From assembly GCA_041574455.1 (NCBI GenBank), contig JBFFOM010000006.1, positions 1,037 through 65,036 of the forward strand: a stretch of DNA of 64,000 bases. Reading direction: 5' to 3'. Source of the stretch: Woeseiaceae bacterium (GTDB lineage Bacteria; Pseudomonadota; Gammaproteobacteria; Steroidobacterales; Woeseiaceae). Positions 1 through 11,169 of the stretch are shown here, in pieces. Position 1 is the stretch's first letter. Each line of letters begins with the position of its first letter. The notes under the pieces were generated by a model that searched no databases, was not told the DNA's origin, and saw nothing but the letters and a program-made list of their open reading frames with translations. The translations under genes were made by a program, and so were the position numbers.

Positions 1-2
1 AG

Positions 3-647
3 ATGACCATGGGTCTTGTTGGCCGCAAATGCGGCATGACACGTGTCTTCACGGAGGACGGAGTTTCGATTCCGGTCACCGTGATCGAGGCACAACCAAA
101 CCGAATCACACAGGTGAAAACCGTGGAGACGGATGGTTACCGTGCGCTGCAAGTAACAGCGGGTAGCCGTAAAGCGTCCCGGGTGAGTAAACCTGCAGCC
201 GGCCACTTTGCAGCGGCGAAGGTAGAAGCCGGCGACCTGATCACCGAGTTCCGCCTGGGAGACGCCGACGACGGCGAATTCGAGCTGGGTGGCGAACTCA
301 AGGTCGACCTGTTCGAGGAAGGACAGAAGGTCGACGTGATTGGCACCTCTATCGGTAAGGGCTTCGCCGGCACCGTCAAGCGCCATAACTTCCGTACGCA
401 GGATGCGACGCACGGCAACTCGCTTGCTCACCGCGCCCCGGGTTCGATTGGTCAGAACCAGACGCCGGGCCGCGTATTCAAGGGCAAAAAGATGTCGGGC
501 CACATGGGTAACGTTCGTCGTACCTCGCAGAACCTTGAAGTGGTTCGTGTTGATACCGAACGCAACGTTCTCCTGATTAAGGGCGCAGTCCCGGGTAGCG
601 CAGGCGGCAAGGTCATTGTCCGTCCTGCGATCAAGGCCAGGAACTAA
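3..647 (+). CDS. rplC: 50S ribosomal protein L3 (uL3)
   Basis: 214-aa [32 protein letters not shown]... matches the canonical uL3 N-terminus and length. It heads the conserved L3-L4-L23-L2-S19-L22-S3-L16-L29-S17 order. Alternative ATG at 9. Confidence 0.97.
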   Translation: MTMGLVGRKCGMTRVFTEDGVSIPVTVIEAQPNRITQVKTVETDGYRALQVTAGSRKASRVSKPAAGHFAAAKVEAGDLITEFRLGDADDGEFELGGELKVDLFEEGQKVDVIGTSIGKGFAGTVKRHNFRTQDATHGNSLAHRAPGSIGQNQTPGRVFKGKKMSGHMGNVRRTSQNLEVVRVDTERNVLLIKGAVPGSAGGKVIVRPAIKARN

Positions 648-659
648 GGAGCGCTCACG

Positions 660-1262
660 ATGAAACTGAAACTCCAGGACAAGGGAACCGTCGACGTGGC
701 CGAGGCCGCTTTCGGTGCCGAATTCAACGAAGCGCTGGTGCACCAGGTTGTTACCGCGTATCTCGCCGGCGCACGCGCCGGTACCAAGCGCCAGAAGAAT
801 CGCTCGGATGCCCGCGGTGGCGGCGCCAAGCCATGGCGCCAGAAAGGCACGGGCCGCGCCCGGGTCGGCACGATCCGCAGCCCGATCTGGGTCGGCGGGG
901 GACGCGCATTTGCAGCCCGGCCTCGCGATCACTCGCAGAAGGTCAACAAGAAGATGTATCGCGCCGCTTTGCGGTCGGTATTCGGTGAGCTGGTTCGCCA
1001 GGATCGCCTCGTCATCGTCAAGGAACTCGGTGTCGACGCACCGAAAACGAAGCTGCTGGCCACGAAGCTCAAGGAGCTCGATCTGGACAACGTTCTGGTC
1101 CTGAACGAGGCATTCGATGAGAAGGTGTTCCTGGCTGCGCGCAACCTGCCGAATGTCGGTATTTGCGATGTGGCTTCGATGGACCCTGTGGTACTGATTC
1201 GCTTCGAAAAAGTGCTGGTCACGCTGCCCGCGCTGAAGCTGATTGAGGAGCGTCTGTCATGA
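660..1262 (+). CDS. rplD: 50S ribosomal protein L4 (uL4)
   Basis: 200 aa. [21 protein letters not shown] and [12 protein letters not shown] motifs are typical of uL4; position is after rplC. Confidence 0.97.
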   Translation: MKLKLQDKGTVDVAEAAFGAEFNEALVHQVVTAYLAGARAGTKRQKNRSDARGGGAKPWRQKGTGRARVGTIRSPIWVGGGRAFAARPRDHSQKVNKKMYRAALRSVFGELVRQDRLVIVKELGVDAPKTKLLATKLKELDLDNVLVLNEAFDEKVFLAARNLPNVGICDVASMDPVVLIRFEKVLVTLPALKLIEERLS

Positions 1263-1567
1263 GCCAGACTGCACACCAGGAAAGATTGATGACGGTCATC
1301 CGTGGCCAGCACTTCTCGGAGAAGGCGCACTTTGCGCTCGAGAAGAACCAGGTCGTATTTAAGGTCCGCACCGACGCGACGAAGAAGGAAATCGCGCAGG
1401 CTGTCGAGATGTTGTTCGATGAGGAGGTCGTGGCTGTGCAGACCGTCAACGTCAAGGGCAAGAACAAACGCTTCCAGATGACGCGTGGTCGTCGCAAGGA
1501 CTGGAAGAAGGCTTACGTCAAGCTGGCCGAAGGCAGCAACCTCGAAAAATTCTCCGGCGGCGAGTAA
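1259..1567 (+). CDS. rplW: 50S ribosomal protein L23 (uL23)
   Basis: 102 aa. ATGA stop-start overlap with rplD; conserved position and size. Confidence 0.95.
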   Translation: MSQTAHQERLMTVIRGQHFSEKAHFALEKNQVVFKVRTDATKKEIAQAVEMLFDEEVVAVQTVNVKGKNKRFQMTRGRRKDWKKAYVKLAEGSNLEKFSGGE

Positions 1568-1580
1568 GGGTTAGAAGATC

Positions 1581-2411
1581 ATGTCTCTGCATAAAGCAAA
1601 ACCGACATCCGCGGGGCGCCGCTTTGTCGTTCAGGTAAAGACCGACGGCCTGCACAAGGGCAAGCCGTACGGACCCCTGCTCGACAAGAAGACGTCGAAG
1701 GGCGGGCGCAACCACAACGGCCGCATCACGGTGCGCCACCAGGGCGGTGGTCACAAGCAGCGGTACCGCATCATCGACTTCAAGCGCGACAAGGACGGTA
1801 TTTCGGGCGTCGTCGAGCGTCTCGAGTACGACCCGAATCGCAGTGCCCACATCGCGCTTGTGAAGTACGCCGACGGTGAGCGTCGCTACATCCTCGCGGC
1901 CAAGGGACTGCGAGCCGGCGCTCAGGTCATCAGCGGTGAGGACGCGCCGATCAAGGTCGGCAACACGCTGCCCATTCGTGCGATCCCCGTCGGTACGACG
2001 ATTCATAACGTCGAGATGAAGCCGGGCAAGGGTGGCCAGCTGGTCCGTTCGGCCGGTGCTTCGGCACAGCTCGCTGCTCGCGAAGGCGCCTATGCATCGC
2101 TGCGCCTGCGCTCTGGCGAAATGCGCAAGATCCACGTCGACTGCCGTGCAACGGTAGGTGAGGTTGGCCATGGCGAACATAACCTGCGCAAGCTCGGTAA
2201 GGCCGGCGCGAAGCGCTGGCGCGGAGTTCGCCCGACCGTACGCGGCGTTGCGATGAACCCGGTCGACCATCCACACGGTGGTGGTGAGGGTCGTACCTCG
2301 GGCGGTCGTCACCCGGTAAGCCCATGGGGCACGCCGACCAAGGGTGCCAAGACGCGTTCGAACAAGCGTACGGACGGCATGATTGTTCGCCGCCGCAACA
2401 AGAAGCGCTAA
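1581..2411 (+). CDS. rplB: 50S ribosomal protein L2 (uL2)
   Basis: 276 aa. [26 protein letters not shown] signature of uL2. Confidence 0.98.
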   Translation: MSLHKAKPTSAGRRFVVQVKTDGLHKGKPYGPLLDKKTSKGGRNHNGRITVRHQGGGHKQRYRIIDFKRDKDGISGVVERLEYDPNRSAHIALVKYADGERRYILAAKGLRAGAQVISGEDAPIKVGNTLPIRAIPVGTTIHNVEMKPGKGGQLVRSAGASAQLAAREGAYASLRLRSGEMRKIHVDCRATVGEVGHGEHNLRKLGKAGAKRWRGVRPTVRGVAMNPVDHPHGGGEGRTSGGRHPVSPWGTPTKGAKTRSNKRTDGMIVRRRNKKR

Positions 2412-2428
2412 TCAGAGGATTTTAGGAA

Positions 2429-2701
2429 ATGCCACGCAGCGTAAGAAAAGGCCCGTTCGTCGACGAACACCTGGCGAAGAAGGTAGCCGAAGCGGCGAAG
2501 AAGAACGATCGTCGCCCGATCAGGACCTGGTCGCGTCGTTCGATGGTGCTGTCCGACATGGTCGGCCTGACCATCGCCGTCCATAACGGCCGCCAGCACG
2601 TACCGGTTCTGATTTCCGAGAATATGGTCGGTCACAAGCTCGGTGAGTTTGCGATGACTCGCACGTTCAGGGGTCACTCCGGTGACCGTAAGACGAAGTA
2701 A
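2429..2701 (+). CDS. rpsS: 30S ribosomal protein S19 (uS19)
   Basis: 90 aa [15 protein letters not shown]..., canonical uS19 start; operon position. Confidence 0.97.
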   Translation: MPRSVRKGPFVDEHLAKKVAEAAKKNDRRPIRTWSRRSMVLSDMVGLTIAVHNGRQHVPVLISENMVGHKLGEFAMTRTFRGHSGDRKTK

Positions 2702-2718
2702 GGCGAAGGAGCAGGCTA

Positions 2719-3054
2719 ATGCAGGTTGCAGCAACACTTCGATATGCACGTATCTCGCCGCAGAAATGCCGGCTGGTGGCTGACGTCATCCGCGGCAAGT
2801 CTGTCGACGAGGCACTGCGTGCGCTCACTTTTTCGCCGAAGAAGAGCGCCCGTATCGTGAAGAAAGTCCTCGAGTCGGCAATTGCCAACGCCGAGCACAA
2901 TCATGGTGCGGACATCGACGAGCTCAAGGTTGCGACGATCGAGGTCAACGAGGCGCCAACCTTCCGTCGTTACCGCGCTCGTGCCAAAGGCCGTGGCGCA
3001 CGGATTATCAAGCGGAACAGCCATATCACGATCCGGGTGGCAGACGAAGCATGA
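2719..3054 (+). CDS. rplV: 50S ribosomal protein L22 (uL22)
   Basis: 111 aa. [20 protein letters not shown] motif; operon position. Confidence 0.96.
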   Translation: MQVAATLRYARISPQKCRLVADVIRGKSVDEALRALTFSPKKSARIVKKVLESAIANAEHNHGADIDELKVATIEVNEAPTFRRYRARAKGRGARIIKRNSHITIRVADEA

Positions 3055-3101
3055 ATATGAAACTGAAATATCTCCACAACTATCTGGGCGGAGACGAGTA
3101 A

Positions 3102-3782
3102 ATGGGTCAGAAAGTACATCCAACCGGCATTCGCCTCGGCATCGTCAAGGACTGGGCGTCGCGCTGGTACGCGGACTCGAAGGCGTTCCCCAAGTACATA
3201 GCCGCAGATCACGAGATCCGCGTGTACATCAAGAAGAAGTTGAAGGACGCCTCGGTCAGCCGCATCACGATCGAACGCCCTGCCAACAAGGTCAATATCA
3301 CGATCTACACGGCACGTCCCGGTATCGTCATTGGCAAGAAGGGCGAGGACATCGAGAAGCTGCGCGCCGAAGTCTCGCAGATGGTTGGCATGAACATCCA
3401 GGATGTTCGAATCAACATCAACGAGGTCCGCAAGCCCGAACTCGACGCACAGCTCGTTGCCGAAGGCATCGCGCAACAGCTCGAGCGTCGCGTGATGTTC
3501 CGTCGCGCCATGAAGCGCGCCGTGACGAACACGATGCGTGTCGGCGCGGAGGGCATCAAGGTCAAGGTCGGGGGTCGCTTGAATGGTGCGGAAATCGCAC
3601 GTTCGGAGTGGTATCGCGAAGGCCGCGTGCCGCTGCACACGCTGCGTGCCGACATCGACTACGGTACGGCCGAGGCACACACGACCTATGGTGTCATCGG
3701 TGTAAAGGTCTGGATCTTCAAGGGCGAGGTGTTTGACAAGCCCGAGGCCGCTCCTGCTGAAGCGGCGGCAGCTGAGGCATAA
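3102..3782 (+). CDS. rpsC: 30S ribosomal protein S3 (uS3)
   Basis: 226 aa [18 protein letters not shown]..., canonical uS3. Confidence 0.98.
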   Translation: MGQKVHPTGIRLGIVKDWASRWYADSKAFPKYIAADHEIRVYIKKKLKDASVSRITIERPANKVNITIYTARPGIVIGKKGEDIEKLRAEVSQMVGMNIQDVRININEVRKPELDAQLVAEGIAQQLERRVMFRRAMKRAVTNTMRVGAEGIKVKVGGRLNGAEIARSEWYREGRVPLHTLRADIDYGTAEAHTTYGVIGVKVWIFKGEVFDKPEAAPAEAAAAEA

Positions 3783-3785
3783 AAC

Positions 3786-4199
3786 ATGTTACAGCCAAAG
3801 AGAACAAAATTTCGCAAGCAGATGAAAGGCCGCAATCGCGGCCTGGCGCATCGCGGCAGCGCCGTGTCGTTCGGACAGTATGGGCTGAAGGCAACGGGTC
3901 GCGGCCGCCTGACGGCGCGCCAGATCGAGGCGGCTCGTCGTGCGATGACGCGTCACATCAAGCGTGGCGGCAAGATCTGGATTCGGGTATTCCCCGACAA
4001 GCCGATCACGACCAAGCCGCTTGAAGTACGTCAGGGTAAAGGCAAGGGCAACGTGGACTACTGGGTATGCCAGATTCAGCCCGGCCGCATCCTGTACGAA
4101 ATGGAAGGTGTCACGGAAGACGTGGCGCGTGAGGCGTTCCGCCTGGCCGCCCGCAAGCTTCCGTTCGCGACCAAGTTTGTAGAACGGCAGGTGATGTGA
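3786..4199 (+). CDS. rplP: 50S ribosomal protein L16 (uL16)
   Basis: 137 aa [19 protein letters not shown]..., canonical uL16. Confidence 0.98.
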   Translation: MLQPKRTKFRKQMKGRNRGLAHRGSAVSFGQYGLKATGRGRLTARQIEAARRAMTRHIKRGGKIWIRVFPDKPITTKPLEVRQGKGKGNVDYWVCQIQPGRILYEMEGVTEDVAREAFRLAARKLPFATKFVERQVM

Positions 4200-4405
4200 T
4201 GAAGGTAGCAGATCTGCGCAGCAAATCGATCGACGAGCTGAACGAGGAACTCGTGGCGCTGCGCCGCGAGCAGTTCAACCTGCGCATGCAGCATGCGAAG
4301 GGCGAGCTGACCCACAACCATGAACACGGCCGTGTCAAAAAGGACATCGCGCGCGTCAAAACGGTTCTTACAGAGCTCCAGCGTGCGGTTGGTGAAGAGC
4401 AATGA
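4196..4405 (+). CDS. rpmC: 50S ribosomal protein L29 (uL29)
   Basis: 69 aa. ATGA overlap with rplP; conserved position and size. Confidence 0.95.
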   Translation: MMKVADLRSKSIDELNEELVALRREQFNLRMQHAKGELTHNHEHGRVKKDIARVKTVLTELQRAVGEEQ

Positions 4406-4668
4406 GTGAAGAAAACAAGGTACAGCGTACGATCACTGGGCGCGTCGTCAGCGACAAGGCGGACAAGACCGTCTCCGTTGCGATCGAACGCAAGATCAAG
4501 CACCCCGTCTATGGCAAGTACATCCGTCGCACCACCAAGGTGCTTGCGCACGATGCAGAGAATGCTTGCAAGACCGGTGACCTCGTGGCGATCGCGGAGT
4601 GCCGCCCGATTTCGAAGAACAAGTCCTGGTCGGTCGTTGACGTCTTAGAGCGTACGGCAAGCCGGTAA
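4402..4668 (+). CDS. rpsQ: 30S ribosomal protein S17 (uS17)
   Basis: 88 aa. ATGA overlap with rpmC; [18 protein letters not shown] motif. Confidence 0.96.
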   Translation: MSEENKVQRTITGRVVSDKADKTVSVAIERKIKHPVYGKYIRRTTKVLAHDAENACKTGDLVAIAECRPISKNKSWSVVDVLERTASR

Positions 4669-4687
4669 TACTTATTAGGATGCAGTC

Positions 4688-5056
4688 ATGATTCAGATGC
4701 AGACAGTCCTGGACGCAGCAGACAACTCGGGTGCTCGCCGCATGCAGTGCATCAAGGTCCTCGGTGGCTCGAAGCGCCGTTACGCAGGCGTTGGCGACGT
4801 TATCAAGGTCAGCATTAAGGACGCGATCCCGCGCGGCAAAGTCAAGAAGGGCGAGATCTACAACGCCGTCGTAGTGCGCACGCGCAAGGGTGTACGCCGC
4901 AAGGATGGTTCGCTGATCCGTTTCGACGGCAATGCCGCCGTGCTGTTGAACGCTCGTCTCGAGCCGATCGGCACGCGTATTTTTGGCCCGGTGACCCGTG
5001 AGCTGCGCACCAGCCAGTTCATGAAGATCATCTCGCTGGCGCCGGAGGTTCTTTAA
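4688..5056 (+). CDS. rplN: 50S ribosomal protein L14 (uL14)
   Basis: 122 aa [28 protein letters not shown]..., canonical uL14; first gene of the spc operon. Confidence 0.98.
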   Translation: MIQMQTVLDAADNSGARRMQCIKVLGGSKRRYAGVGDVIKVSIKDAIPRGKVKKGEIYNAVVVRTRKGVRRKDGSLIRFDGNAAVLLNARLEPIGTRIFGPVTRELRTSQFMKIISLAPEVL

Positions 5057-5373
5057 TGGCTAACAAGATCAGGAAGGGTGACGAGGTCATCGTCACGACC
5101 GGAAAGGACAAGGGTCGTCGTGGGACGGTCCTGCAGGTGTTCGAGGACGATCGCGTTCTGGTCGAGGGCGTCAACCTCGTCAAGAAGGCGTACAAGCCGA
5201 ACCCGAACATTGGCGAGAAAGGCGGCATTCGCGACACGGCGATGCCGCTGGATATTTCAAACGTTCTCGTTTTCAACCCAAAGTCGAAGAAGGGTGAACG
5301 AGTTGGCTTCCGCATTGAGAAGGGCGGCTCCAAGGTGCGCGTCTTCAAGAGCGGCGACAAGGTAGACATCTAG
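5056..5373 (+). CDS. rplX: 50S ribosomal protein L24 (uL24)
   Basis: 105 aa. [23 protein letters not shown] motif; 1-nt overlap with the rplN stop. Confidence 0.96.
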   Translation: MANKIRKGDEVIVTTGKDKGRRGTVLQVFEDDRVLVEGVNLVKKAYKPNPNIGEKGGIRDTAMPLDISNVLVFNPKSKKGERVGFRIEKGGSKVRVFKSGDKVDI

Positions 5374-5418
5374 TAGGAGCGCGCCATGGGCGCGCACGCC
5401 CGCATGGCGGGCTCCCAC
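5373..5418. repeat. REP-like element, head-to-head pair (GTAGGAGC + GC-rich hairpin, twice)
   Basis: GTAGGAGCGCGCC-ATG-GGCGCGC gives a 7-bp stem (5379-5395). GCCCGC-ATG-GCGGGC gives a 6-bp stem (5398-5412) and ends in CTCCCAC, the near reverse complement of GTAGGAG. The first G is the last base of the rplX TAG stop. The same head motif recurs at 8181, 8872, 13213 and 48420. Confidence 0.8.
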
Positions 5419-5444
5419 AGATGGTGCGTTAAGAGATTAGGTAA

Positions 5445-5984
5445 ATGTCGAGACTACAAGATAAATATCAGAACGAGCTGGCAGGCGCACTGCAGCAAAA
5501 GCTCGGCCTGAAGAACCCGATGGAGGTGCCGAAGATCACCAAGATCACGCTCAATATGGGCATTGGTGACGCGGTTGCCGACAAGAAGATCATCGAGAAG
5601 GCTCGGGACGATATGGAGAAGATCGCTGGCCAGAAGCCAGTGACGACCCTGGCTCGCAAGTCGGTTGCCGCGTTCAAGATTCGCGACGGCATGCCGATTG
5701 GCTGCAAGGTTACTCTGCGTCGAGAGCGCATGTACGAGTTCCTCGATCGTCTCGTCAACATCGCAATTCCCCGCATCCGTGATTTCCGTGGTTTGAACCC
5801 GAAGTCATTCGACAGGCAGGGCAACTACAGTATGGGCGTCCAGGAACAGATCATTTTCCCGGAAATCAACTACGACGAAATTGACGCGTTGCGTGGCATG
5901 GACATTGTCATCACCACGACGGCGCGTACTGCCGAGGAAGGCCGGGCGCTGCTGGAAGCGTTCAACTTCCCATTCAAGAAGTAA
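5445..5984 (+). CDS. rplE: 50S ribosomal protein L5 (uL5)
   Basis: 179 aa [39 protein letters not shown]..., canonical uL5. Confidence 0.97.
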   Translation: MSRLQDKYQNELAGALQQKLGLKNPMEVPKITKITLNMGIGDAVADKKIIEKARDDMEKIAGQKPVTTLARKSVAAFKIRDGMPIGCKVTLRRERMYEFLDRLVNIAIPRIRDFRGLNPKSFDRQGNYSMGVQEQIIFPEINYDEIDALRGMDIVITTTARTAEEGRALLEAFNFPFKK

Positions 5985-5994
5985 GAGACGAAAT

Positions 5995-6300
5995 ATGGCC
6001 AAGAAATCGATGATTGCCCGTGAACTCAAGCGTGCCAAGCTCGTGGCGAAGCAGGCTGACAAGCGCAAGGCCCTCAAGGCGATTGTTCGCAACGTCAACA
6101 GCACGGACGAAGAGCGTGCCGTGGCGCAGGCGAAACTGAACAAGCTGCCGCGTGATGGCAGCCCGGCGCGCCAGCGGAGCCGCTGCTCGGTCACGGGCCG
6201 TCCGCACGGTGTTTACCGCAAGTTCGGCCTTGGCCGTAACAAGTTGCGCGAAGCAGCCATGAAGGGCGAGATTCCCGGCCTGACGAAAGCCAGCTGGTAG
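5995..6300 (+). CDS. rpsN: 30S ribosomal protein S14 (uS14), long form
   Basis: Internal ATG of ORF-track 5881..6300. The 101-aa product [17 protein letters not shown]...GLTKASW is canonical uS14. The upstream part of the track ORF overlaps rplE and is not coding. Confidence 0.95.
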   Translation: MAKKSMIARELKRAKLVAKQADKRKALKAIVRNVNSTDEERAVAQAKLNKLPRDGSPARQRSRCSVTGRPHGVYRKFGLGRNKLREAAMKGEIPGLTKASW

Positions 6301-6313
6301 GCGGAGATAGAAC

Positions 6314-6709
6314 ATGAGTATGACCGATCCGATCTCAGACATGCTGACCCGCATTCGTAACGGGCAGAAGGCACGCAAGGTTGCTGTGTCGATGCCTGCG
6401 TCGAAGCAGAAAGAGGCTATCGCAAAAGTACTTGCGGACGAAGGCTACATCACGGGCTTTGCCGTTGCTGGCGATGGTGCCGGGAAGGAGCTCACCGTAG
6501 AGCTCAAATACTTCGAGGGCCTGCCTGTCATCGAGAAGATTCAGCGGGCGAGTCGCCCGGGCCTGCGCGTGTACCGGGGCACGGAGGGGCTGCCTAAAGT
6601 ACTTGGCGGTCTTGGTGTTGCCATCGTGTCGACGTCAGCTGGCGTGATGAGCGACAAGCAGGCGCGTGAAAAAGGTATTGGCGGTGAGGTGCTCTGCGTC
6701 GTCAGTTAA
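6314..6709 (+). CDS. rpsH: 30S ribosomal protein S8 (uS8)
   Basis: 131 aa [20 protein letters not shown]..., canonical uS8. Confidence 0.97.
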   Translation: MSMTDPISDMLTRIRNGQKARKVAVSMPASKQKEAIAKVLADEGYITGFAVAGDGAGKELTVELKYFEGLPVIEKIQRASRPGLRVYRGTEGLPKVLGGLGVAIVSTSAGVMSDKQAREKGIGGEVLCVVS

Positions 6710-6740
6710 GCGCTGAGCCTCATTGAGAAGAGACAGAACT

Positions 6741-7274
6741 ATGTCAAGAGTTGCAAAAGCACCGGTTGAGCTGCCGAAAGGCGTCGAGTTCAGGCAGGAC
6801 GGCAACCTCGTCACGCTGAAAGGCAGCAACGGGGAACTGTCGCTCGAGCTGAATTCGGAAGTCGAGCTCAAGCAGGAAGAAAACGTCCTGACGCTGAGCC
6901 CTCGTTCGGGTTCGCGTTTCTCGACGGCGATTGCCGGCACGATGCGCGCGCTGCTCGCCAACATGGCGACGGGTGTGTCCGAAGGCTTCGAGCGCAAGCT
7001 GGAGCTCAAGGGTGTTGGTTATCGCGCACAGGCACAGGGCAAGAGCCTGAATCTGTCGCTGGGCTTCTCGCACCCGGTCGTCTACGAGGCGCCCGAGGGC
7101 ATCAGCATCGAGACGCCGAGCCAGACGGAGATCGTTGTCAGGGGCGCGGACAAGCAGAGAGTTGGCCAGGCTGCGGCAGAGATCCGCGGCTTCCGTCCGC
7201 CGGAGCCATACAAGGGCAAGGGTGTTCGCTATTCCGATGAGCGCGTACAGCTCAAGGAAGCGAAGAAGAAATAA
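6741..7274 (+). CDS. rplF: 50S ribosomal protein L6 (uL6)
   Basis: Start moved to the ATG giving [15 protein letters not shown]..., identical in form to the enterobacterial uL6 start. 177 aa, ends KEAKKK. Confidence 0.96.
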   Translation: MSRVAKAPVELPKGVEFRQDGNLVTLKGSNGELSLELNSEVELKQEENVLTLSPRSGSRFSTAIAGTMRALLANMATGVSEGFERKLELKGVGYRAQAQGKSLNLSLGFSHPVVYEAPEGISIETPSQTEIVVRGADKQRVGQAAAEIRGFRPPEPYKGKGVRYSDERVQLKEAKKK

Positions 7275-7288
7275 CAGGTATTGAACCG

Positions 7289-7648
7289 ATGAGACTGGAC
7301 AAGAAACAGAGTCGTTTGCGTCGCGCCCGTCGCGGTCGCGCAAAGATCAGTGAACTCGAGGCTAATCGCCTGACGATTCATCGTACACCGCGTCATATCT
7401 ACGCGCAGGTGATCGGTCCGGGCGGTAGCCACGTCGTGGCGTCCGCATCGACGCTCGAGGCCGAAGTTCGCAAGGGCATCAAGAACGGCGGCAACGTCGA
7501 AGCGGCGGCGATTGTCGGCGCGCGCATAGCCGAGAAGGCAAAAGCAGCCGGTATCGACACGGTCGCATTCGATCGTTCCGGTTTCCGTTACCACGGTCGT
7601 GTAAAGGCACTGGCCGACGCTGCCCGCGAAGCGGGTCTGAAGTTCTAA
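7289..7648 (+). CDS. rplR: 50S ribosomal protein L18 (uL18)
   Basis: 119 aa. [17 protein letters not shown] motif of uL18. Confidence 0.96.
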   Translation: MRLDKKQSRLRRARRGRAKISELEANRLTIHRTPRHIYAQVIGPGGSHVVASASTLEAEVRKGIKNGGNVEAAAIVGARIAEKAKAAGIDTVAFDRSGFRYHGRVKALADAAREAGLKF

Positions 7649-7660
7649 AGAGACTGAAAC

Positions 7661-8167
7661 ATGGCAAGAAACGAACAGAATCAAGCCGGCGACGACCTCA
7701 TTGAGAAGCTCGTCACCGTCAACCGCGTCGCCAAAGTCGTCAAGGGCGGCCGCCAGTTCGGCTTTACGGCACTGACCGTCGTTGGTGATGGCCAGGGCCA
7801 GGTCGGTTTCGGTTACGGCAAGGCACGTGAGGTGCCGATCGCGATCCAGAAGGCGATGCAGTCGGCGCGCCGCAACATGATCAAGGTCAACCTGAACCAC
7901 GACACGCTGCAGTATGCGAAGAAGGGTCGTCACGGCGCGACGATGGTGTACATGCAACCGGCCTCCGAGGGCACGGGCGTCATCGCCGGTGGCGCGATGC
8001 GTGCGGTCTTCGAAGCTGCGGGCGTGCGCAACGTCCTCGCCAAGAGTTACGGCTCGCGCAACCCGATCAACGTCGTGCGCGCAACGATCAGGGCGCTGGC
8101 GGAGATTCATTCGCCGCAGGCCATCGCGGCCAAGCGCGGCAAGAAAGTGAAAGAAATCCTCGCGTAG
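7661..8167 (+). CDS. rpsE: 30S ribosomal protein S5 (uS5)
   Basis: 168 aa. [32 protein letters not shown] motif of uS5. Confidence 0.97.
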   Translation: MARNEQNQAGDDLIEKLVTVNRVAKVVKGGRQFGFTALTVVGDGQGQVGFGYGKAREVPIAIQKAMQSARRNMIKVNLNHDTLQYAKKGRHGATMVYMQPASEGTGVIAGGAMRAVFEAAGVRNVLAKSYGSRNPINVVRATIRALAEIHSPQAIAAKRGKKVKEILA

Positions 8168-8180
8168 CGACGGACAGATT

Positions 8181-8220
8181 GTAGGAGCGCGCCGTGTACC
8201 CCGAGGGCACGAAGCGCGCG
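8181..8220. repeat. REP-like element (GTAGGAGC + extended imperfect hairpin)
   Basis: GTAGGAGCGCGCCGTG...CACGAAGCGCGCG. CGCGC(8188-8192) pairs with GCGCG(8214-8218), and CGTG(8193-8196) pairs with CACG(8208-8211). Lies in the 78-nt rpsE-rpmD spacer. Confidence 0.75.
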
Positions 8221-8245
8221 AGTTAAACGGTTTAGAGACAAGAGA

Positions 8246-8434
8246 ATGGCGAAGCCAAAAGAACTGAAGGTCACGCTGGTCAAGAGCAAGTACGGGCGGC
8301 TGAAGAGCCACAAGGCCTGCGTTGTCGGGCTGGGTCTGCGCAGAATGCACCAGACCGTCACGGTTCAGGATACCCCGGAGAACCGCGGCATGATCAATCG
8401 CGTTTCGTACCTGTTGTCGGTAGAGGAAGCCTGA
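8246..8434 (+). CDS. rpmD: 50S ribosomal protein L30 (uL30)
   Basis: 62 aa. Position between rpsE and rplO; [27 protein letters not shown] motif. Confidence 0.95.
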   Translation: MAKPKELKVTLVKSKYGRLKSHKACVVGLGLRRMHQTVTVQDTPENRGMINRVSYLLSVEEA

Positions 8435-8435
8435 C

Positions 8436-8870
8436 ATGCGTCTTAACGAACTGTCGCCCGGCAAGGGCGCGAAAAAAGAAGGTAAGCGTCTCGGCCGCGG
8501 TCATTCCGCGGGTCAGGGCAAGACGTCTGGGCGTGGCCAGAAGGGCCAGCACTCGCGTTCCGGTGGTTACCACAAGGTTGGTTTCGAAGGCGGCCAGATG
8601 CCGCTGCAGCGCCGCCTGCCGAAGGTGGGGTTCCGCTCGCGCATGGCCAAGTACACGGCCGAGCTGCGCCTGCACGAACTCGAGCTGCCCGAGGCAGAGG
8701 TGATCGATATCGAGGTACTGAAGAAGGCCAACCTGGTGCCGGCATTCGTCGCCAAGGTCAAGGTCATCCTGTCCGGCGAGATCAAGAAAGCTGTGAAGCT
8801 GAAAGGCATCGCGGTTACGAAGGGTGCCCGCGCAGCCATCGAAGCCGCAGGCGGGTCCATCGAGGACTGA
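8436..8870 (+). CDS. rplO: 50S ribosomal protein L15 (uL15)
   Basis: 144 aa [38 protein letters not shown]..., canonical uL15. Confidence 0.97.
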   Translation: MRLNELSPGKGAKKEGKRLGRGHSAGQGKTSGRGQKGQHSRSGGYHKVGFEGGQMPLQRRLPKVGFRSRMAKYTAELRLHELELPEAEVIDIEVLKKANLVPAFVAKVKVILSGEIKKAVKLKGIAVTKGARAAIEAAGGSIED

Positions 8871-8871
8871 T

Positions 8872-8894
8872 GTAGGAGCGCGTCTGACGCGCGA
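8872..8894. repeat. REP-like element (single unit)
   Basis: GTAGGAGCGCGTCTGACGCGC, in which GCGCG and CGCGC form the stem. Starts 1 nt after the rplO TGA, in the 32-nt rplO-secY spacer. Confidence 0.75.
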
Positions 8895-8902
8895 TTGAAG
8901 AT

Positions 8903-10261
8903 ATGGCAAAGCCCCAACAAAATCCGGCAGATCTGGCGAAACAGGCAGGCAAGCTCAGCGAATTGAAAGCCCGCTTGTTGTTCCTGGTTGGCGCCCTGAT
9001 CGTCTACCGCGTTGGCACCTATATCCCGGTGCCCGGCGTGGATCCGGCTGCGCTTGCGGAATTCTTCGAGCAGCAGTCGGGCAATCTCCTTGGCATGTTC
9101 AACATGTTCTCGGGTGGTGCCCTGTCGCGATTCGGGATCTTTGCACTCGGTATCGTGCCGTACATTTCATCGTCGATCATCATGCAGATGGCCAGCCACA
9201 TCGTCCCGCAGCTGCAGCAGCTCCGGAAGGAAGGCGAGCAGGGCCGTCGCCAGATCGTCAAGTACACCCGTTACGGGACGGTCGCACTGGCGAGCTTCCA
9301 GTCGATCGCTGCCGCGAGTTGGCTGCAGAACCAGGTCGGTCTCGTCGTTAATCCGGGTCCGGCGTTCCTGATCACGGCCTGTATCACGCTGGTGACGGGC
9401 ACGGTATTCCTGATGTGGCTGGGTGAGCAGATCACCGAACGCGGCATTGGTAACGGTATCTCGATGATCATCCTCGCTGGTATCGTAGCCGGCCTGCCGG
9501 GTGCGATTGCAGGTACGGCAGAGCTGGTCCGCAATGGCGAGATGGCCGCGATCACGGCGATCCTGATGCTGATCGGTGGTATTGCAGCGATCATCTTTGT
9601 CGTCTACATGGAGCGCGCACAGCGCCGTATTTCGGTCAACTATGCGCGGCGCCAGCAGGGCCGCAAGATGTTCCAGGCGCAGAGTACGCACCTGCCCTTC
9701 AAGATCAACATGTCGGGTGTAATTCCGCCGATCTTTGCCTCGAGCATCCTGATGTTCCCGGCGACGATCGCGCAGTTCTTCGGCCAGGCGGCCGAACCGA
9801 ATGCGGCGCAGCGGGCATTGCAGACGATCGGTGCAAACCTGGGGCCGGGCCAGCCCGTCTACGTACTGCTGTATGCGGGCATGATTATTTTCTTCTGCTT
9901 CTTCTACACGGCGCTGATGTACAACTCGAAGGACACAGCGGACAACCTGAAGCGAGCAGGCGCGTTCCTGCCGGGTATCCGGCCGGGCGCACACACGGCA
10001 GAGTACATCGACCGGGTGCTGACCCGGCTGACGTTCTGGGGATCGATTTACATCGCGGGTGTTTGCCTGCTGCCCGAATTCGTTCGCATGTTCTACCCGA
10101 GCATGCCGTTCAATTTCGGTGGCACTTCGCTCCTGATTCTCGTCGTCGTCACGATGGACTTCATGTCACAGATGCAGGCTCATGCCATGAGTCATCAGTA
10201 CGAGGGCATGATGCAGAAAGCCAACCTGCGCAATTACGGCAGAAGTGGCCAGGTACGGTAG
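8903..10261 (+). CDS. secY: Preprotein translocase subunit SecY
   Basis: 452 aa polytopic protein. [20 protein letters not shown] and [13 protein letters not shown] motifs; conserved position after rplO. Confidence 0.97.
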   Translation: MAKPQQNPADLAKQAGKLSELKARLLFLVGALIVYRVGTYIPVPGVDPAALAEFFEQQSGNLLGMFNMFSGGALSRFGIFALGIVPYISSSIIMQMASHIVPQLQQLRKEGEQGRRQIVKYTRYGTVALASFQSIAAASWLQNQVGLVVNPGPAFLITACITLVTGTVFLMWLGEQITERGIGNGISMIILAGIVAGLPGAIAGTAELVRNGEMAAITAILMLIGGIAAIIFVVYMERAQRRISVNYARRQQGRKMFQAQSTHLPFKINMSGVIPPIFASSILMFPATIAQFFGQAAEPNAAQRALQTIGANLGPGQPVYVLLYAGMIIFFCFFYTALMYNSKDTADNLKRAGAFLPGIRPGAHTAEYIDRVLTRLTFWGSIYIAGVCLLPEFVRMFYPSMPFNFGGTSLLILVVVTMDFMSQMQAHAMSHQYEGMMQKANLRNYGRSGQVR

Positions 10262-10271
10262 GAGAGAGCTC

Positions 10272-10385
10272 ATGAAAGTAAGAGCATCAGTCAAGAAAAT
10301 CTGCAGAAACTGCAAGATCATCCGCCGCAACGGAGTCGTGCGCGTGATTTGCAGAGACGCACGGCACAAGCAGCGCCAGGGCTAG
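10272..10385 (+). CDS. rpmJ: 50S ribosomal protein L36 (bL36), Zn-ribbon type
   Basis: Not in the ORF track because it is under 60 aa. Hand translation gives [37 protein letters not shown] (37 aa). GGAGAG lies upstream; conserved position between secY and rpsM. Confidence 0.95.
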   Translation: MKVRASVKKICRNCKIIRRNGVVRVICRDARHKQRQG

Positions 10386-10414
10386 ACTCGGGCGTTTAGA
10401 AGAGGAACTGTTAA

Positions 10415-10771
10415 GTGGCACGTATAGCAGGCATAAACATCCCGTTGAACAAGCACGTCGTGATTTCACTGACGTCGATCTTCGGTATTGGCAACACGCG
10501 CGCAAAGCAGATTTGCGAGGCGGCGGGTGTTGCCCCGGAAACACCGGTCAAGGACCTCGCCGAGCCGGAAGTTGCAAGGCTTCGTACGGCAGTTGAGACG
10601 TTCACGGTCGAAGGCGACCTGCGTCGCGAAACGTCAATGAACATCAAGCGCCTGATGGACCTCGGTTCGTACCGCGGTATCCGTCATCGCCGCGGTTTGC
10701 CGCTGCGCGGCCAGCGCACCCGCACGAATGCCCGGACCCGTAAGGGCCCGAAGCGACCAATTAAGAGGTAA
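10415..10771 (+). CDS. rpsM: 30S ribosomal protein S13 (uS13)
   Basis: 118 aa, GTG start, [26 protein letters not shown]..., canonical uS13. Confidence 0.97.
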   Translation: MARIAGINIPLNKHVVISLTSIFGIGNTRAKQICEAAGVAPETPVKDLAEPEVARLRTAVETFTVEGDLRRETSMNIKRLMDLGSYRGIRHRRGLPLRGQRTRTNARTRKGPKRPIKR

Positions 10772-10778
10772 TTCTTGA

Positions 10779-11159
10779 ATGGCTGAAGCGAAGAAAAAGA
10801 AGGTCAAAAAGCACGTGGTGGACGCGATTGCGCACATCCATGCTTCCTTCAACAACACGATTATCACGATTACCGACCGCCAGGGTAACGCCTTGTCGTG
10901 GGCGACCGCCGGCGGTTGCGGTTTCCGAGGTTCTCGTAAGTCGACCCCGTTCGCAGCCCAGGTTGCGTCGGACAAGGCGGGCAAAGTCGCCCTCGAGTTC
11001 GGCGTCAAGAACCTGGACGTGCGGGTCCGTGGGCCAGGCCCCGGCCGTGAATCCGCGGTACGTGCCCTGAACGCCCTGGGATTCCGTATCCAAAACATCG
11101 AGGACGTGACGCCGATCCCGCACAACGGATGCCGTCCGCCCAAGAAGCGCCGCGTGTAG
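10779..11159 (+). CDS. rpsK: 30S ribosomal protein S11 (uS11)
   Basis: 126 aa. [29 protein letters not shown] motif. Confidence 0.97.
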   Translation: MAEAKKKKVKKHVVDAIAHIHASFNNTIITITDRQGNALSWATAGGCGFRGSRKSTPFAAQVASDKAGKVALEFGVKNLDVRVRGPGPGRESAVRALNALGFRIQNIEDVTPIPHNGCRPPKKRRV

Positions 11160-11169
11160 AGGCTGAATA

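Noticed and set aside
7229-8464. 411-aa minus-strand ORF spanning rplR-rpsE-rpmD. Similar antisense ORFs lie over rplB (1518-2312), rpsC (2970-3680) and rpoA (11817-12833).
   Set aside because: All lie antisense to unmistakable ribosomal or RNAP genes, cross intergenic spacers, and have Arg/Ala/Leu-rich low-information sequences. They are shadow ORFs.
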